Assembly: GCA_963815495.1 (NCBI GenBank)
Contig: CAWFGW010000007.1
Span: 129,531-193,530 of the forward strand
DNA length: 64,000 nucleotides
From: an uncultured Cytophagales bacterium
Lineage (GTDB): Bacteria > Bacteroidota > Bacteroidia > Cytophagales > JAAEPT01
Reading direction: 5' to 3'
Under the pieces are notes generated by a model that was given only the letters and a program-made list of their open reading frames with translations, ran no database searches and was not told the origin of the DNA. Numbering within the stretch: the first letter of the stretch is position 1; each line of letters opens with the position of its first letter. Shown here piece after piece: positions 17,112 through 28,171 of this stretch. Made by a program: the position numbers and the translations under genes.

Positions 17112-17690
17112 TTAATTTAATCGAGGATCTACTGGGTAGTTCGAATACATTTGATATTTACCTCCTAAACTTTTGAGCACTGTTCTCCAAAGCGTTGTTG
17201 GTTCTAAAGACATTATTTGTGGGGAATCTGTTTTTGCCATAATCCATGAACCCTTTTCAAATTCAATTTCAAGTTGACCTCTTTCCCATCCCGAATATCC
17301 AATAAAAAAGCGGATATCTTCTTCTTTTACCCCTCCAGCATCCATCATTTTTTTCAATTCATCGAAATCACCACCAAAATACAAGCCATCTGCGACTTCC
17401 AGACTACCTGAAAAAGGGGTTTTGGAACGATAAATAAAATGAAGCATATTTTGTTCTACAGGACCACCAACAAAAACTGCATTGTCGTTGTAGTTAAACT
17501 CACTCAACACATTCTGAAGGGTAATTTCTAACACAGGTCTGTTTAACACAAACCCTACATAACCTTCTGCATTGATGTCTGTAATTAAGATAACCGATCG
17601 CTCAAAGTTAGGATCACCTAAATAAGGTTCAGAAACTAAGATAGTTCCTTTTTCAATTGAATCTATATTTTGAATCACCTCAAATCTCAT
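17112..17690 (-). CDS. YqgE/AlgH-family (UPF0301) protein
   Basis: GTILVSEPYLGDPNFERSVILI ... GYSGWERGQLE motifs. Confidence 0.8.
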   Translation of the reverse strand: MRFEVIQNIDSIEKGTILVSEPYLGDPNFERSVILITDINAEGYVGFVLNRPVLEITLQNVLSEFNYNDNAVFVGGPVEQNMLHFIYRSKTPFSGSLEVADGLYFGGDFDELKKMMDAGGVKEEDIRFFIGYSGWERGQLEIEFEKGSWIMAKTDSPQIMSLEPTTLWRTVLKSLGGKYQMYSNYPVDPRLN

Positions 17691-17818
17691 AACGTAAAAA
17701 TTGGTCTCTTTTTCGTATTAAAGCTATATACTGATCTACTTCATTTTAGTTTCAGTTAGGCAATTTATAAGGTGCGCTGTATATTGCAAACGTTTCGATT
17801 ATTTAATTCAAATAAAGT

Positions 17819-18450
17819 ATGCAAATTCATCATATTCGGGAAAATTACACCAAATCAAGTTTGTCGGAGACGGATGTAAAAAATAACCCGATAGAACAAT
17901 TTGAAAAGTGGTTGGATGAAGCTATCAAATCGGAAGTACTTGAACCAACTGCTTTCACACTTTGCACTGACGGGTAAAGATGATTTTCCTGCGGGAAGAA
18001 TTGTTTTACTAAAATATGTCAAAGAAGATGGCTTCGTTTTCTTTTCCAATTACGAGAGCAACAAAGGGCATCAGCTAGCTGAAAACAATAAAGCGGGCAT
18101 GGTGTTTTTCTGGCCAGAATTGCAGCGACAAGTTACTATTCAAGGGACTGTAGTAAAAACATCCAAAGAGGTTTCCGAATGAGTATTTTTACTCACGTCC
18201 GATTGAAAGTCAAATTGGAGCAGTAGCTTCTAAAGCAAAGTACGTGATTAGTTCAAGAGAAGAATTAGAACAAAAAATAGAAGAAATCGAACGCACTTCC
18301 TCTGCGATTGAACGACCTGAGCATTGGGGTGGATATAAAATAATCCCTCACCGCATTGAATTTTGGCAAGGAAGAGCCAACCGCCTCCACGACCGCATTC
18401 TTTGTAATTTGCTCGATGGTCAATGGACAAAAAACCGCTTATCCCCTTAA
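17819..18450 (+). pseudogene. pdxH: pyridoxamine 5'-phosphate oxidase with two frameshifts
   Basis: Three consecutive frames together give a full PdxH: MQIHHIRENY...AFTLCT / TGKDDFPAGRIVLLKYVKEDGFVFFSNYES...WPELQRQVTIQG...KEVS / NEYFYSRPIESQIGAVAS...PEHWGGYKIIPHRIEFWQGRANRLHDR. The shifts lie at ~17969 (extra G) and 18170-18180. Confidence 0.75.
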
Positions 18451-18501
18451 GTCTAATTTTCGATTGATAAACAAATTATTTTGATGGTCTGTTAAGCTGA
18501 C

Positions 18502-19200
18502 ATGAATAATTATATTGTTATTGGTGCTAGCAAAGGAATTGGACAGGCGCTTACAAACATCCTAATTGAAAAGGGTCACCATGTCATCGCATTATCGCGA
18601 ACAAAGGGAACATGGGGTAATCCTGAGCAAGTTACTTATATTCCCTTTGATGTACTCTCCGATAATTTCAATGAGTTAGATATCAATTTAGAAATTCATG
18701 GGTTAGTCTATTGCCCAGGCAGCATCAACCTGAAACCATTAAAAACAATCAAAAAAGAAACACTTCTTGAGGATTTACAAATTAACACGCTTTGTGCTTT
18801 TGAAATTATACAACAAGCACTCCCAAAGTTCTCTAAGTCCTCTTCCTGTGGAATCGTCTTGTTTAGTTCTGTAGCTGTACAACTCGGGATGCCGTTTCAT
18901 GCTTCGGTAGGCATCAGCAAAGGAGCACTGGAAGGCATGGTAAAATCATTCGCTGCCGAATTATCACCACACATACGGGTGAATGCTATTGCACCCAGTT
19001 TAACCAACACCAGCCTGGCAGCAAAGTTTTTGAACACGGAAGAAAAAATAAAACAATCAGAAAATCGTCACCCATTGAAAAAAATCGGTACACCAGAATT
19101 ATTAGCACAGTCAGCTTATCATTTATTGGTGGAGTCCGAATGGACCACAGGTCAAATATTAACTGTTGATGGGGGGATTTCAGCCATTAAACCGCTATAA
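18502..19200 (+). CDS. SDR-family oxidoreductase
   Basis: Gly-rich NAD(P) motif VIGASKGIG, plus S...Y/K-type region ASVGISKGALEG. Confidence 0.8.
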   Translation: MNNYIVIGASKGIGQALTNILIEKGHHVIALSRTKGTWGNPEQVTYIPFDVLSDNFNELDINLEIHGLVYCPGSINLKPLKTIKKETLLEDLQINTLCAFEIIQQALPKFSKSSSCGIVLFSSVAVQLGMPFHASVGISKGALEGMVKSFAAELSPHIRVNAIAPSLTNTSLAAKFLNTEEKIKQSENRHPLKKIGTPELLAQSAYHLLVESEWTTGQILTVDGGISAIKPL

Positions 19201-19245
19201 GATCATCCACATCAACCATTACGATACCGTTAGCATATACTTATT

Positions 19246-19845
19246 ATGAAATGGCTTAACACCCTATTTCAAATGGTGTTTCCTAATGACCAAGGGAACC
19301 ATAGCAATTACAAGTATGAACTTCCTCTGAAACGTGATGAAGGGTTTAACCTTATAAGTGTGTCACTTAAACCCTTCGTAGATGAGTTCTTAGGCGACAT
19401 TCTTCAATCGTATAATGAAGGATTTGGACCAAAAGCAAGTTTAAACGGTCAAAAAGCCATTGCCCAAACAGCTGCACTTTGCGTCATACGGAGGGAAGAA
19501 TATCATAGCAGTTTATTGTTTCAGATTACATTTGATGAAATGATGATCCGAGCAAAAGCGTTAGGCTATTACCTCACTTATTCCACCATTCAAGTGGAGG
19601 AAACACCGCTTCAAAAAAAGGAAGTCGAATTATATTATTTAAAAGCGTACCCAGGTGAAGCAGTCGATGGGTACAAACACAACCAGCTGTGGGGACAGCT
19701 CTTTCTGGAACATCACTTTGTGGATGAAGAAAGTAGTTTTATCAAAATTAGGTGTAATTATTATCTAGGAAGAAACTACACCGAACCACTCTCTTTTGAT
19801 GATTTAATTCAACAACTCTGTAGTCAATCACCTACGGAAAATTAG
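19246..19845 (+). CDS. hypothetical protein
   Basis: 199-aa ORF with no motif recognised. Confidence 0.45.
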   Translation: MKWLNTLFQMVFPNDQGNHSNYKYELPLKRDEGFNLISVSLKPFVDEFLGDILQSYNEGFGPKASLNGQKAIAQTAALCVIRREEYHSSLLFQITFDEMMIRAKALGYYLTYSTIQVEETPLQKKEVELYYLKAYPGEAVDGYKHNQLWGQLFLEHHFVDEESSFIKIRCNYYLGRNYTEPLSFDDLIQQLCSQSPTEN

Positions 19846-19939
19846 TTAATCATACCTCAGATTAAAAACAGTTTAAATTGGACTTAGGATCAATATTTGT
19901 TAAACTTAGGACGATTTCAAAAATTCAAAAAAATTAACA

Positions 19940-22114
19940 ATGTCAAAAACGATTATCGTTTCCAATAGATTACCTGTAAGTATCAAAAGAGAGGGTGATA
20001 AGCTAGAATATAAACCTAGTGCTGGAGGCTTAGCCACTGGTTTAGGTTCCATTTACAAAAGCGGAGATAACATTTGGATGGGCTGGTCAGGTCTATTTAC
20101 TAATGATGAAAACGAAAAAAATGAAATAATTAAAGGGCTCAAAAAAGAAAGTATGCGCCCTGTTTTTTTGGATGAGAAGTTGTTCAAGAATTTTTATGAA
20201 GGGTACAGTAACTCAACCATTTGGCCTCAATTTCATTATTTCTCTCAATATACCGAGTATAATTTAGAATACTGGAATGCTTATGTAGAAGTCAACCAGA
20301 TATTTTGTGACGAAGTATTGAAAGTCGCAAAAGATGGAGATATCATTTGGGTACATGATTACCAATTAATGTTACTTCCAGAAATGCTTCGCAAAAAATT
20401 ACCCAATGCAAGCATTGGATATTTTCATCACATCCCCTTCCCTTCTTATGAAGTCTTTCGAATGCTTCCACAACGGGAAAGCCTATTAAAAGGCCTTTTG
20501 GGAGCCGATATGATTGGTTACCACACATACGATGACATGCGTCACTTCTTGAGTGCTGTCAGCCGGGTTTTAGGTTATGAACATGAGATGGGTTACTTAA
20601 AATCCAAAGACCGCATTATTCGTGTGGATGCATTACCCATGGGAATTGACTATGAAAAATTTGAAAAGGCAGCTATTTCAAAAGAAACACAACGTGAAAT
20701 AAAATCTTTTCTAGGCAGTCTTCAAACAGACAAACTTATTCTGTCCATTGACCGCTTGGACTATTCAAAAGGGATTCCACAACGATTGAAAGCCTTTGAT
20801 CAACTGCTTAGTGAATACCCTGAATTACAAGGTAAAGTTTCGTTAATATTATTAGTCGTTCCATCTCGAGATACCGTAGAGCATTACATCGAGTTAAAAG
20901 AAGAAATAGAGCTTCTTGTTGGTCGAATAAATGGTAAATACAGCTTACTGGAGTGGACACCAATACATTTCTTTTATCGTGCCTTACCGTTCAATAAACT
21001 GTCTGCACTTTATAGCATGTCAGATATTGCACTCGTTACCCCTCTTCGTGATGGAATGAACCTGGTTTGCAAGGAATTTATCGCAAGTAAACTAGATAAA
21101 ACAGGCGTGTTGATTTTAAGCGAAATGGCAGGGTCAGCGAAAGAACTCTCTGAAGCACTTTTAATTAACCCGAACGATTGTGGTGCCATTGTCAACGCCA
21201 TGTATCAGGCCTTAAATATGAGTGATGAAGAGCAAGTGAGAAGAAATACGGACATGCAGGAGAAACTTCAACGCTATAACATCCACGCATGGGTAGACCG
21301 CTTTATGACTGAACTGAATCAAATAAAAGAAGAACAAAAAGAATTGATGGCTAAAAAACTGAACAAGAAAACCCAAGTAGACATAGTTAAAAAATATAAG
21401 GCTGGAAAGAAGCGATTAATCTTATTGGATTATGATGGCACATTGACTCCATTCCATAAAGATCCTCAAGCTGCAAAACCGGATGAAGAATTACATAGCA
21501 TATTTAAAAAATTAACCGCAGACCCTAAAAACAGGATAGTGGTAATTTCAGGTCGCGATAGAGAGTCACTACAAAAGTGGTTAGGTACTTATGATATTGA
21601 GTTTATTGCTGAACATGGGGTGTGGTTAAAAGAACGAGGTGAAGGATGGCACATGATTGATGAATTGCCAATTGACTGGAAAGAAGAAATAAGACCTATT
21701 TTAGACCTTTACGTAGATAGAACTCCTGGATCATTAATTGAAGAAAAAGAATATTCATTAGTATGGCACTTTAGAAAAACGGAAGCCGGCTTTGGTGAAC
21801 TAAGAGCGAGAGAATTGATTTCTAACCTTCAGTATTTAACCTTGAATATGGACATCCAGATTATGGAAGGAAATAAGGTGATTGAAGTGAAGAACTCTGG
21901 GGTCAACAAAGGAAGAGCAGCCATGAAGTGGATTAACAGTGAACCGTGGGATTTCATTTTTGCCGTAGGTGATGACACCACTGATGAAGATACCTTTAAA
22001 GCATTGCCAAATGATGCTTATTCATTAAAAGTTGGTGAAATATCTTCTGAAGCACGATACAACATTTCAGATGTAGCGGCAGTAAGATCTTTGTTAAACG
22101 AGTTTGCTGATTAA
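19940..22114 (+). CDS. otsA: bifunctional trehalose-6-phosphate synthase / trehalose-phosphatase (OtsA-OtsB fusion)
   Basis: GT20 OtsA-like N-terminal 460 aa (IIVSNRLP ... WVHDYQLMLLP ... LVTPLRDGMNLV). HAD phosphatase C-terminus (LLDYDGTL ... GDDTTDED). Confidence 0.9.
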   Translation: MSKTIIVSNRLPVSIKREGDKLEYKPSAGGLATGLGSIYKSGDNIWMGWSGLFTNDENEKNEIIKGLKKESMRPVFLDEKLFKNFYEGYSNSTIWPQFHYFSQYTEYNLEYWNAYVEVNQIFCDEVLKVAKDGDIIWVHDYQLMLLPEMLRKKLPNASIGYFHHIPFPSYEVFRMLPQRESLLKGLLGADMIGYHTYDDMRHFLSAVSRVLGYEHEMGYLKSKDRIIRVDALPMGIDYEKFEKAAISKETQREIKSFLGSLQTDKLILSIDRLDYSKGIPQRLKAFDQLLSEYPELQGKVSLILLVVPSRDTVEHYIELKEEIELLVGRINGKYSLLEWTPIHFFYRALPFNKLSALYSMSDIALVTPLRDGMNLVCKEFIASKLDKTGVLILSEMAGSAKELSEALLINPNDCGAIVNAMYQALNMSDEEQVRRNTDMQEKLQRYNIHAWVDRFMTELNQIKEEQKELMAKKLNKKTQVDIVKKYKAGKKRLILLDYDGTLTPFHKDPQAAKPDEELHSIFKKLTADPKNRIVVISGRDRESLQKWLGTYDIEFIAEHGVWLKERGEGWHMIDELPIDWKEEIRPILDLYVDRTPGSLIEEKEYSLVWHFRKTEAGFGELRARELISNLQYLTLNMDIQIMEGNKVIEVKNSGVNKGRAAMKWINSEPWDFIFAVGDDTTDEDTFKALPNDAYSLKVGEISSEARYNISDVAAVRSLLNEFAD

Positions 22115-22123
22115 ATAAAAATC

Positions 22124-22163
22124 AATCAGGAGGAAGTAATAAATTACTTCCTCCTGATTTTTT
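22124..22163. terminator. bidirectional intrinsic terminator between convergent otsAB and nadB
   Basis: 17-bp stem AATCAGGAGGAAGTAAT/ATTACTTCCTCCTGATT followed by a T-run. Confidence 0.75.
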
Positions 22164-23729
22164 AAGTGATATTGTCAATATTATAATACCCTCCTCTATT
22201 CTCTTTTCGTTTCTGAGATTGCGTAATTACTAAATAAGCTATATTGACTAAATTTCTTAGTTCACATAACTGGGGCGATAACACTGTGCTTTCATACAGT
22301 TTCTGCGTTTCCATAGTAGATTAGCTCTAGTCGTTTTAAAGCAATCTCTAACCGTTTGTCTGAACGCACAATACCCACAAAGTCACTCATAATCTTTTGA
22401 ATTTCTTTCTTGTTGTGGCGAATGATTACTTTTTCACGTGGCTTTACGGTGCCTTCACTATCCCACTCAGGGATGCCATCAGGCAATTGAACTTGCTTTT
22501 CAAGCTCGACAGCATATCCACTGCTTACATCTGCATAAACCAACGCCTCTAACAAGGAATTCGAAGCTAACCGGTTAGCGCCATGCAAGCCTGTACGACT
22601 ACATTCACCACAAGCAAACAAGTTAAGAATAGATGTTTTCCCCTTCATATCTACCACAATACCACCACACAGGTAATGTTGTGCGGGCACAATCGGAATA
22701 AAGTCTTTTTTAATGTCAACCCCAACACTCAAACATTTGTTATAGATATTGGGAAAGTGGTTTTTAAATTTATCTAAATCTAAGTGTGTACAATCTAAAT
22801 AAACATATTCATCACCACTAGTTACCAGTTCGGAGTCAATAGCACGAGCAACAATATCCCGTGGGGCAAGGTCTTTCAATTCGTGGTATCCATCCATGAA
22901 GGCGACTCCATCTTGTGTTCTTAAAATAGCTCCAAAACCTCTTACTGCTTCGGAAATCAAAAATGAAGGACTCTCCTTGGGGTTGAATAACGCTGTGGGA
23001 TGGAATTGAATGAATTCCATATCCTGAATCTCTGCCTTCGCACGGTAAGCTAAAGCTACACCATCACCCGTAGCAATTAAGGGGTTTGTTGTATCGGCAT
23101 ACACTTGTCCAATACCTCCCGAAGCCAACATGGTAACTTTAGATTCTATTTTTATTATTTCACCTGTTTTTTTGTTTTGGACATACGCCCCAAAACAAGT
23201 TCTTTTACGTGATTTTGATTCATCCACGTTAGGTAGGTGATGCTCCGTAATTAAATCAATGGCGTAATGGTAAGGTAAAATATCAATATTAGGAGCTAAT
23301 TCCGCTTTACGGACTAGTGTTCTCAAGATTTCGAAACCAGAAACATCTTTATGGTGTACGATGCGGTTTGCGGAATGTCCTCCCTCCTTGCCTAAGTCAA
23401 GTTCACCATCGATATTCGTGTCAAAATTAGCCCCAAATTCAATCAATTCCCTTAGTCGATCAGGTCCATTGGTCACCACTAATTTCACTACCTCTGGGTC
23501 ACACAAACCATCACCAGCAGTTAAGGTATCTTGAATATGATTTTCAAAAGAGTCGTCTTCATTTAAGTACAATAGCAATTCCACCTTGTGCATAACGCGT
23601 GTTTGACTCCATCAAAGCGTCTTTGGTAATTATCGTAATTTTTTTATCAGGAGACTTGGCAGCTACCTTCAAAGAAAAACTTAGTCCAGCAACACCTGAA
23701 CCAATGACTAGGAAGTCCGTTTTAATCAT
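22162..23729 (-). pseudogene. nadB: L-aspartate oxidase with two frameshifts
   Basis: The FAD-binding N-terminus [16 protein letters not shown]...[10 protein letters not shown] lies in one frame. The 433-aa middle ([14 protein letters not shown]...) lies in the track ORF frame. The C-terminus (TQKLYESTVLSPQLCELRNLV...ENRGGYYN) lies in a third frame. The shifts are at ~23563 (AAA run) and ~22311. Confidence 0.8.
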
Positions 23730-23733
23730 AGCG

Positions 23734-24687
23734 TTATGAAGCAGAGATATCTAACATTCTTTTCATAGGAATGTAAGCTTTTTCAATTAATTCTTTAGGT
23801 AAAGTTAACTCAGGCTTCTCGTTTTTCATACATAAATACAACTTCTCCATCGTATTCATTTTCATATAAAAACATTCTGCACAAGCGCACGTGTTATCTT
23901 CGTTTGATGGAGCTGCTAGTATTAACTTATCAGGGTTATCGCGTTTCATTTGGTGCAAAATACCGGCCTCAGTAGCGATTATAAACTGCTTATTTTCAGA
24001 GTTCTTAACGTAATTTAACAAAGCAGTGGTTGACCCAACAAATTCAGCTGTTTTTAAAATATGAGTTTCTGATTCTGGATGGGCAATAATAATAGCGTCA
24101 GGATGCTCTTGCTTTAACTTTAAAAGTTTGTCAATAGAAAACGCTTCATGCACCATGCATGCACCATCCCATAGGAGCATATCACGTCCGGTTTCTTTCA
24201 TCACGAACTTGCCTAAGTTTTTATCGGGAGCAAAAATAATCGGTGTGTCCTTGGGCACAGAGTTGACAATTTTAACCGCATTAGAAGAAGTACAGATAAT
24301 ATCTGTTAAGGCCTTTACTTCCGCGGTGCAATTAATATAAGATATGACAGTATGGTTAGGATGTGCCTCCACAAATTTACGAAACTCTTCTGCAGGAGCT
24401 GCATCAGCTAAGGAACAACCTGCTTTTAAATCAGGGAGCACCACTTTCTTTGTTGGGTTTAGGATTTTTGCTGTTTCAGCCATAAAGTGAACTCCAGCAA
24501 ACACAATCATGTCCGCGTCCGTTTCTGCTGCTTTTTGTGACAAGCCTAAGCTATCGCCAACATAATCAGCAATATCCTGAATGTCACCATCCTGGTAATA
24601 ATGAGCAAGAATAACAGCATTCTTCTCTTGTTTGAGCCTTTTAATTTCAGCTACAAAATCCAACTCTTTGTCTATACTAGTAACCAT
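23734..24687 (-). CDS. nadA: quinolinate synthase
   Basis: Full-length 317 aa with [16 protein letters not shown] and conserved Cys ligand regions. Confidence 0.9.
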   Translation of the reverse strand: MVTSIDKELDFVAEIKRLKQEKNAVILAHYYQDGDIQDIADYVGDSLGLSQKAAETDADMIVFAGVHFMAETAKILNPTKKVVLPDLKAGCSLADAAPAEEFRKFVEAHPNHTVISYINCTAEVKALTDIICTSSNAVKIVNSVPKDTPIIFAPDKNLGKFVMKETGRDMLLWDGACMVHEAFSIDKLLKLKQEHPDAIIIAHPESETHILKTAEFVGSTTALLNYVKNSENKQFIIATEAGILHQMKRDNPDKLILAAPSNEDNTCACAECFYMKMNTMEKLYLCMKNEKPELTLPKELIEKAYIPMKRMLDISAS

Positions 24688-24705
24688 ATTTTAAATATAA
24701 AGGGC

Positions 24706-24749
24706 TAATATATAAAATGCAGTCATAATCTTTCGACTATGACTGCATT
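24706..24749 (-). terminator. intrinsic terminator after typA
   Basis: 12-bp stem AATGCAGTCATA/TATGACTGCATT (24716-24749) followed on the minus strand by TTTATATATT. Confidence 0.6.
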
Positions 24750-24775
24750 ATTAAGCTTTTAAGTAGAACGTTTGT

Positions 24776-26576
24776 TTAAGCTTTTCCAGCTAATTTTCTA
24801 TCTGCTTCAGTTAAATGAATTTTTCTGATTCGAATAGATTTAGGTGTTAACTCAACATACTCATCACCTTGAATGTATTCTAGGGCTTCTTCTAACGAGA
24901 ATTTAGTTGCTGGAATCAATCGCGCTTTATCATCTGTACCTGATGCACGAACGTTTGATTGTTTTTTCGCTTTACCTACATTCACAGTTAAATCATTTGA
25001 ACGGTTGTGCTCACCAACAATTTGTCCTGCATAAATTTTTTCTCCTGGATCGATAAAGAAAGTACCACGATCTTGTAGTTTATCAATTGCATAAGCAAAT
25101 GTATCACCTGTGTCAGCAGAAATCATTACACCATTATTTCTCATTGGTATTTCACCTTTCCATGGTTCGTATCCTTTGAAACGGTAAGCCATAATTGCTT
25201 CACCAGCGGTTGCTGTTAATACACTATTTCTTAATCCAATTAAACCTCTTGAAGGAATTTCGAACTCAATTCGAATAATATCTCCTTTTGGGTTCATGCT
25301 AGTCATCTCACCTTTACGCTGAGTCACTAGTTCAATGACTCTTCCTGATTTATTTTCTGGAACATCAACAGTTAACACTTCAATAGGTTCACATTTTTTA
25401 CCGTCAATTACTTTGGTAATTACACGTGGCTGACCTACTTGTAGTTCATAACCTTCTCTTCTCATTGTTTCAATTAAAACAGACAAGTGAAGTACACCTC
25501 TACCAAATACTAAGAAACTATCTGCACTATCCGTTGCTTGAACTCTAAGCGCTAAGTTTTTTTCTAATTCTTTATGTAAACGGTCATGAATGTGTCGAGA
25601 AGTGACAAATTTACCTTCTTTACCAAAAAACGGAGAGTTATTGATTGTAAACAACATGTTCATTGTTGGTTCTTCAATTGAAATAGCCGCTAATCCTTCT
25701 GGATTTTCGTGATCGGCTAAGTGTGTCTCCAATTTCAAATCCTTCGATTCCTGATACTGCACAGATATCGCCCGCTTGAACTTCCTCTACTTTTCTTTTT
25801 TCTAAACCATCAAAAATGTAAACTTCTTTTACTCGTCCTTTAGTGATTTTACCGTCTTTTTTTACAACAGATATCGGTTGATTCACTTTTATTGAACCTC
25901 TCGTCACTCTACCAATAGCAATACGACCTACGAAAGAAGAATAATCTAACGAGGTGATTTGCATTTGAAGTGTTCCTTCTTCTATTTGTGGATCTGGAGT
26001 TTCTTCCAAAATCACATCCATCAAATAGGAAATGTCATCGGTTTGAACTTTCCAGTCTGGTCCCATCCAGTTGTTTTTTGCTGAACCATAAACGGTTTTA
26101 AAATCTAACTGGTCTTCTGTAGCCTCTAAGTTGAAAACTAATTCAAACACCGCTTCTTGAGCTTCGTCTGGTCGACAGTTTTCTTTATCTACCTTATTAA
26201 CAACAACAATAATTTTTTTCTTAAGCTCTATTGCTTTTTGCGTTACAAATCGCGTTTGAGGCATTGGACCTTCAAAAGCATCGACTAATAACACCACTGC
26301 ATCAGCCATGTTTAATACACGCTCTACTTCTCCACCAAAGTCAGAGTGACCTGGAGTATCGATAATATTGATCTTTGTGTCTTTATAAACGATAGAAGCA
26401 TTTTTAGCTAAAATAGTAATACCACGCTCTCTTTCTAGATCATTACTATCCATAATTAAGTCACCAGTTTCTTGGTTGTCTCGGAATAGGTTACAAAAAT
26501 GAAGCATTTTGTCTACTAGCGTAGTTTTACCGTGGTCAACGTGTGCAATAATTGCAATATTCTTATTTGATTTCAT
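24776..26576 (-). pseudogene. typA: translational GTPase TypA/BipA split by a 1-nt insertion
   Basis: The N-terminal ORF (true ATG 26576, NIAIIAHVDHGKTTL...GFEIGDTL) and the C-terminal ORF (ADHENPEGLAAISIEEPTM...) join perfectly if one base near 25718 is removed. Confidence 0.85.
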
Positions 26577-26689
26577 AAAATAATTTTCAGGCTGCAAAAG
26601 TAGTTTAAAAATTCCGTTAATTACTGCTTGAAATCTAAAAATACGTGTAACTTTTACTATTTGATTAAAAATATTGTAAACAGACACCA

Positions 26690-27655
26690 ATGCCAATCAT
26701 AAGAGAATCAGACTATAAACCACCTCTATTTCTTAAAAACAGTCATTTACAATCAATTTACCACAAATATTTTCGCCCAGCAATCCAGTTAGACTACCAA
26801 CGTGAACGCCTTACTTTATCCGATGGTGATTTTGTAGATGTCGACTGGTTAAAGTCTAATAATCCACAATTAGTGATGCTGCTACATGGTCTAGAAGGTT
26901 CTTCTGATTCTCATTATATAAAAGGAATGGCTAAACTATTAAAAAAGAATAATTATGATGTGCTAGCAATGAATTTCAGGGGATGTAGTGGTGAACCCAA
27001 TTTAAAATTCAGAGCCTACCACAGTGGTGATTGGCAAGATGTGGATGAAGTTATTAAACAGGTAGTTAAAACCAATAAATATAAATCGATTAGTCTTGTT
27101 GGCTTTAGTTTAGGTGGAAATGTTGTTTTACGATATGCAGGTTTAAAAAATTATGCTCTACCTCCTATTATTGATAAAATAGTGGGGATTTCCGTACCGT
27201 GTGACTTAAAAGCAAGTGCTTATCACTTGGCAAGAAAATCAAACCGCATCTATTTACGCAGATTCATTAAATCGATGGCTGATAAGTTAAAATATAAAAC
27301 AGAAAAGTACCCTAATGAACTCCTACCAATAAAGATTAACACATTAACAGACTTCAAACTGTTTGATGATTATTATACCGCTCCTGCCCATGGCTTCCCT
27401 GATGCACATACTTATTGGGAAACGTGTAGTAGTGTAAATGTAATTACGAAAATCACTGTTCCAACGTATATTTTAACTGCCAAAGACGATCAATTTTTAA
27501 CGTCTTCCTGCTTTCCTATTGAAGCAGCACGAAACAAAGGCAATATTTTATTAGAAATTCCTGAATATGGAGGACATGTTGGTTTTGTCACCTTTAATAA
27601 AGAAAATGAATACTGGCACGAAACGAAAATTCTTTCCTTTTTACAAAAGAAATAA
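26690..27655 (+). CDS. alpha/beta-fold hydrolase (YheT-like)
   Basis: HGLEGSS oxyanion region, GFSLGG nucleophile elbow and a C-terminal GGH motif. Confidence 0.8.
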   Translation: MPIIRESDYKPPLFLKNSHLQSIYHKYFRPAIQLDYQRERLTLSDGDFVDVDWLKSNNPQLVMLLHGLEGSSDSHYIKGMAKLLKKNNYDVLAMNFRGCSGEPNLKFRAYHSGDWQDVDEVIKQVVKTNKYKSISLVGFSLGGNVVLRYAGLKNYALPPIIDKIVGISVPCDLKASAYHLARKSNRIYLRRFIKSMADKLKYKTEKYPNELLPIKINTLTDFKLFDDYYTAPAHGFPDAHTYWETCSSVNVITKITVPTYILTAKDDQFLTSSCFPIEAARNKGNILLEIPEYGGHVGFVTFNKENEYWHETKILSFLQKK

Positions 27656-27714
27656 AAAAGCCAAACATGGACAGTCTGGCCAACTTAAAAAAATAAATAA
27701 TATAGTCGCATATA

Positions 27715-28007
27715 TTATACCGTAGGGTATTTTAACGCATTGTGATCAGGTTCATAGCTTAATACCGTCTTCATAAATGGACACGATGCCTTAACCCGTA
27801 AACCGTTCTCACGAGCATATTCAATAGCATATTCTGCCAGTTCAGTAGCTACACCTTGATCTCTTGATTCTTCTGGAACAAATGTGCTATGTAAAATCAA
27901 TATAATGATCTCCATGTTGGTATGTAATCTATTTTTGCTTCACCTCCAGGAACTAAAGCAGTGAATGTATGTGTGGAAGGATTGTGTGTTACTCTTAAAT
28001 TTTTCAT
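27715..28007 (-). pseudogene. small GNAT-like acetyltransferase with two frameshifts
   Basis: MKNLRVTHNPSTHTFTALVPGGEAKIDYIPT / HGDHYIDFT / HSTFVPEESRDQGVATELAEYAIEYAREN... are read in three frames within 27900-27950. Confidence 0.55.
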
Positions 28008-28171
28008 GATTTTTAGAATTTTGGTGGAACAATTTTAACTAGTCAAAACATAAAAAAAACCTTACCAAAACTTAGAAAACGTGTTTATAGAGAATAAACA
28101 CAAAAAACAGTATCATGACAAAGCATGATACTGTGCAAATAAATCAACAAAAGTCGCTCTAATTCAACAAA

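Noticed and set aside
25674-26696. 40-codon N-terminal extension of the typA ORF that overlaps the start of the divergent hydrolase gene
   Set aside because: The conserved GTPase begins at MKSNKNIAIIAHVDHGKTT (ATG 26576). The extension is non-conserved read-through of the upstream region.
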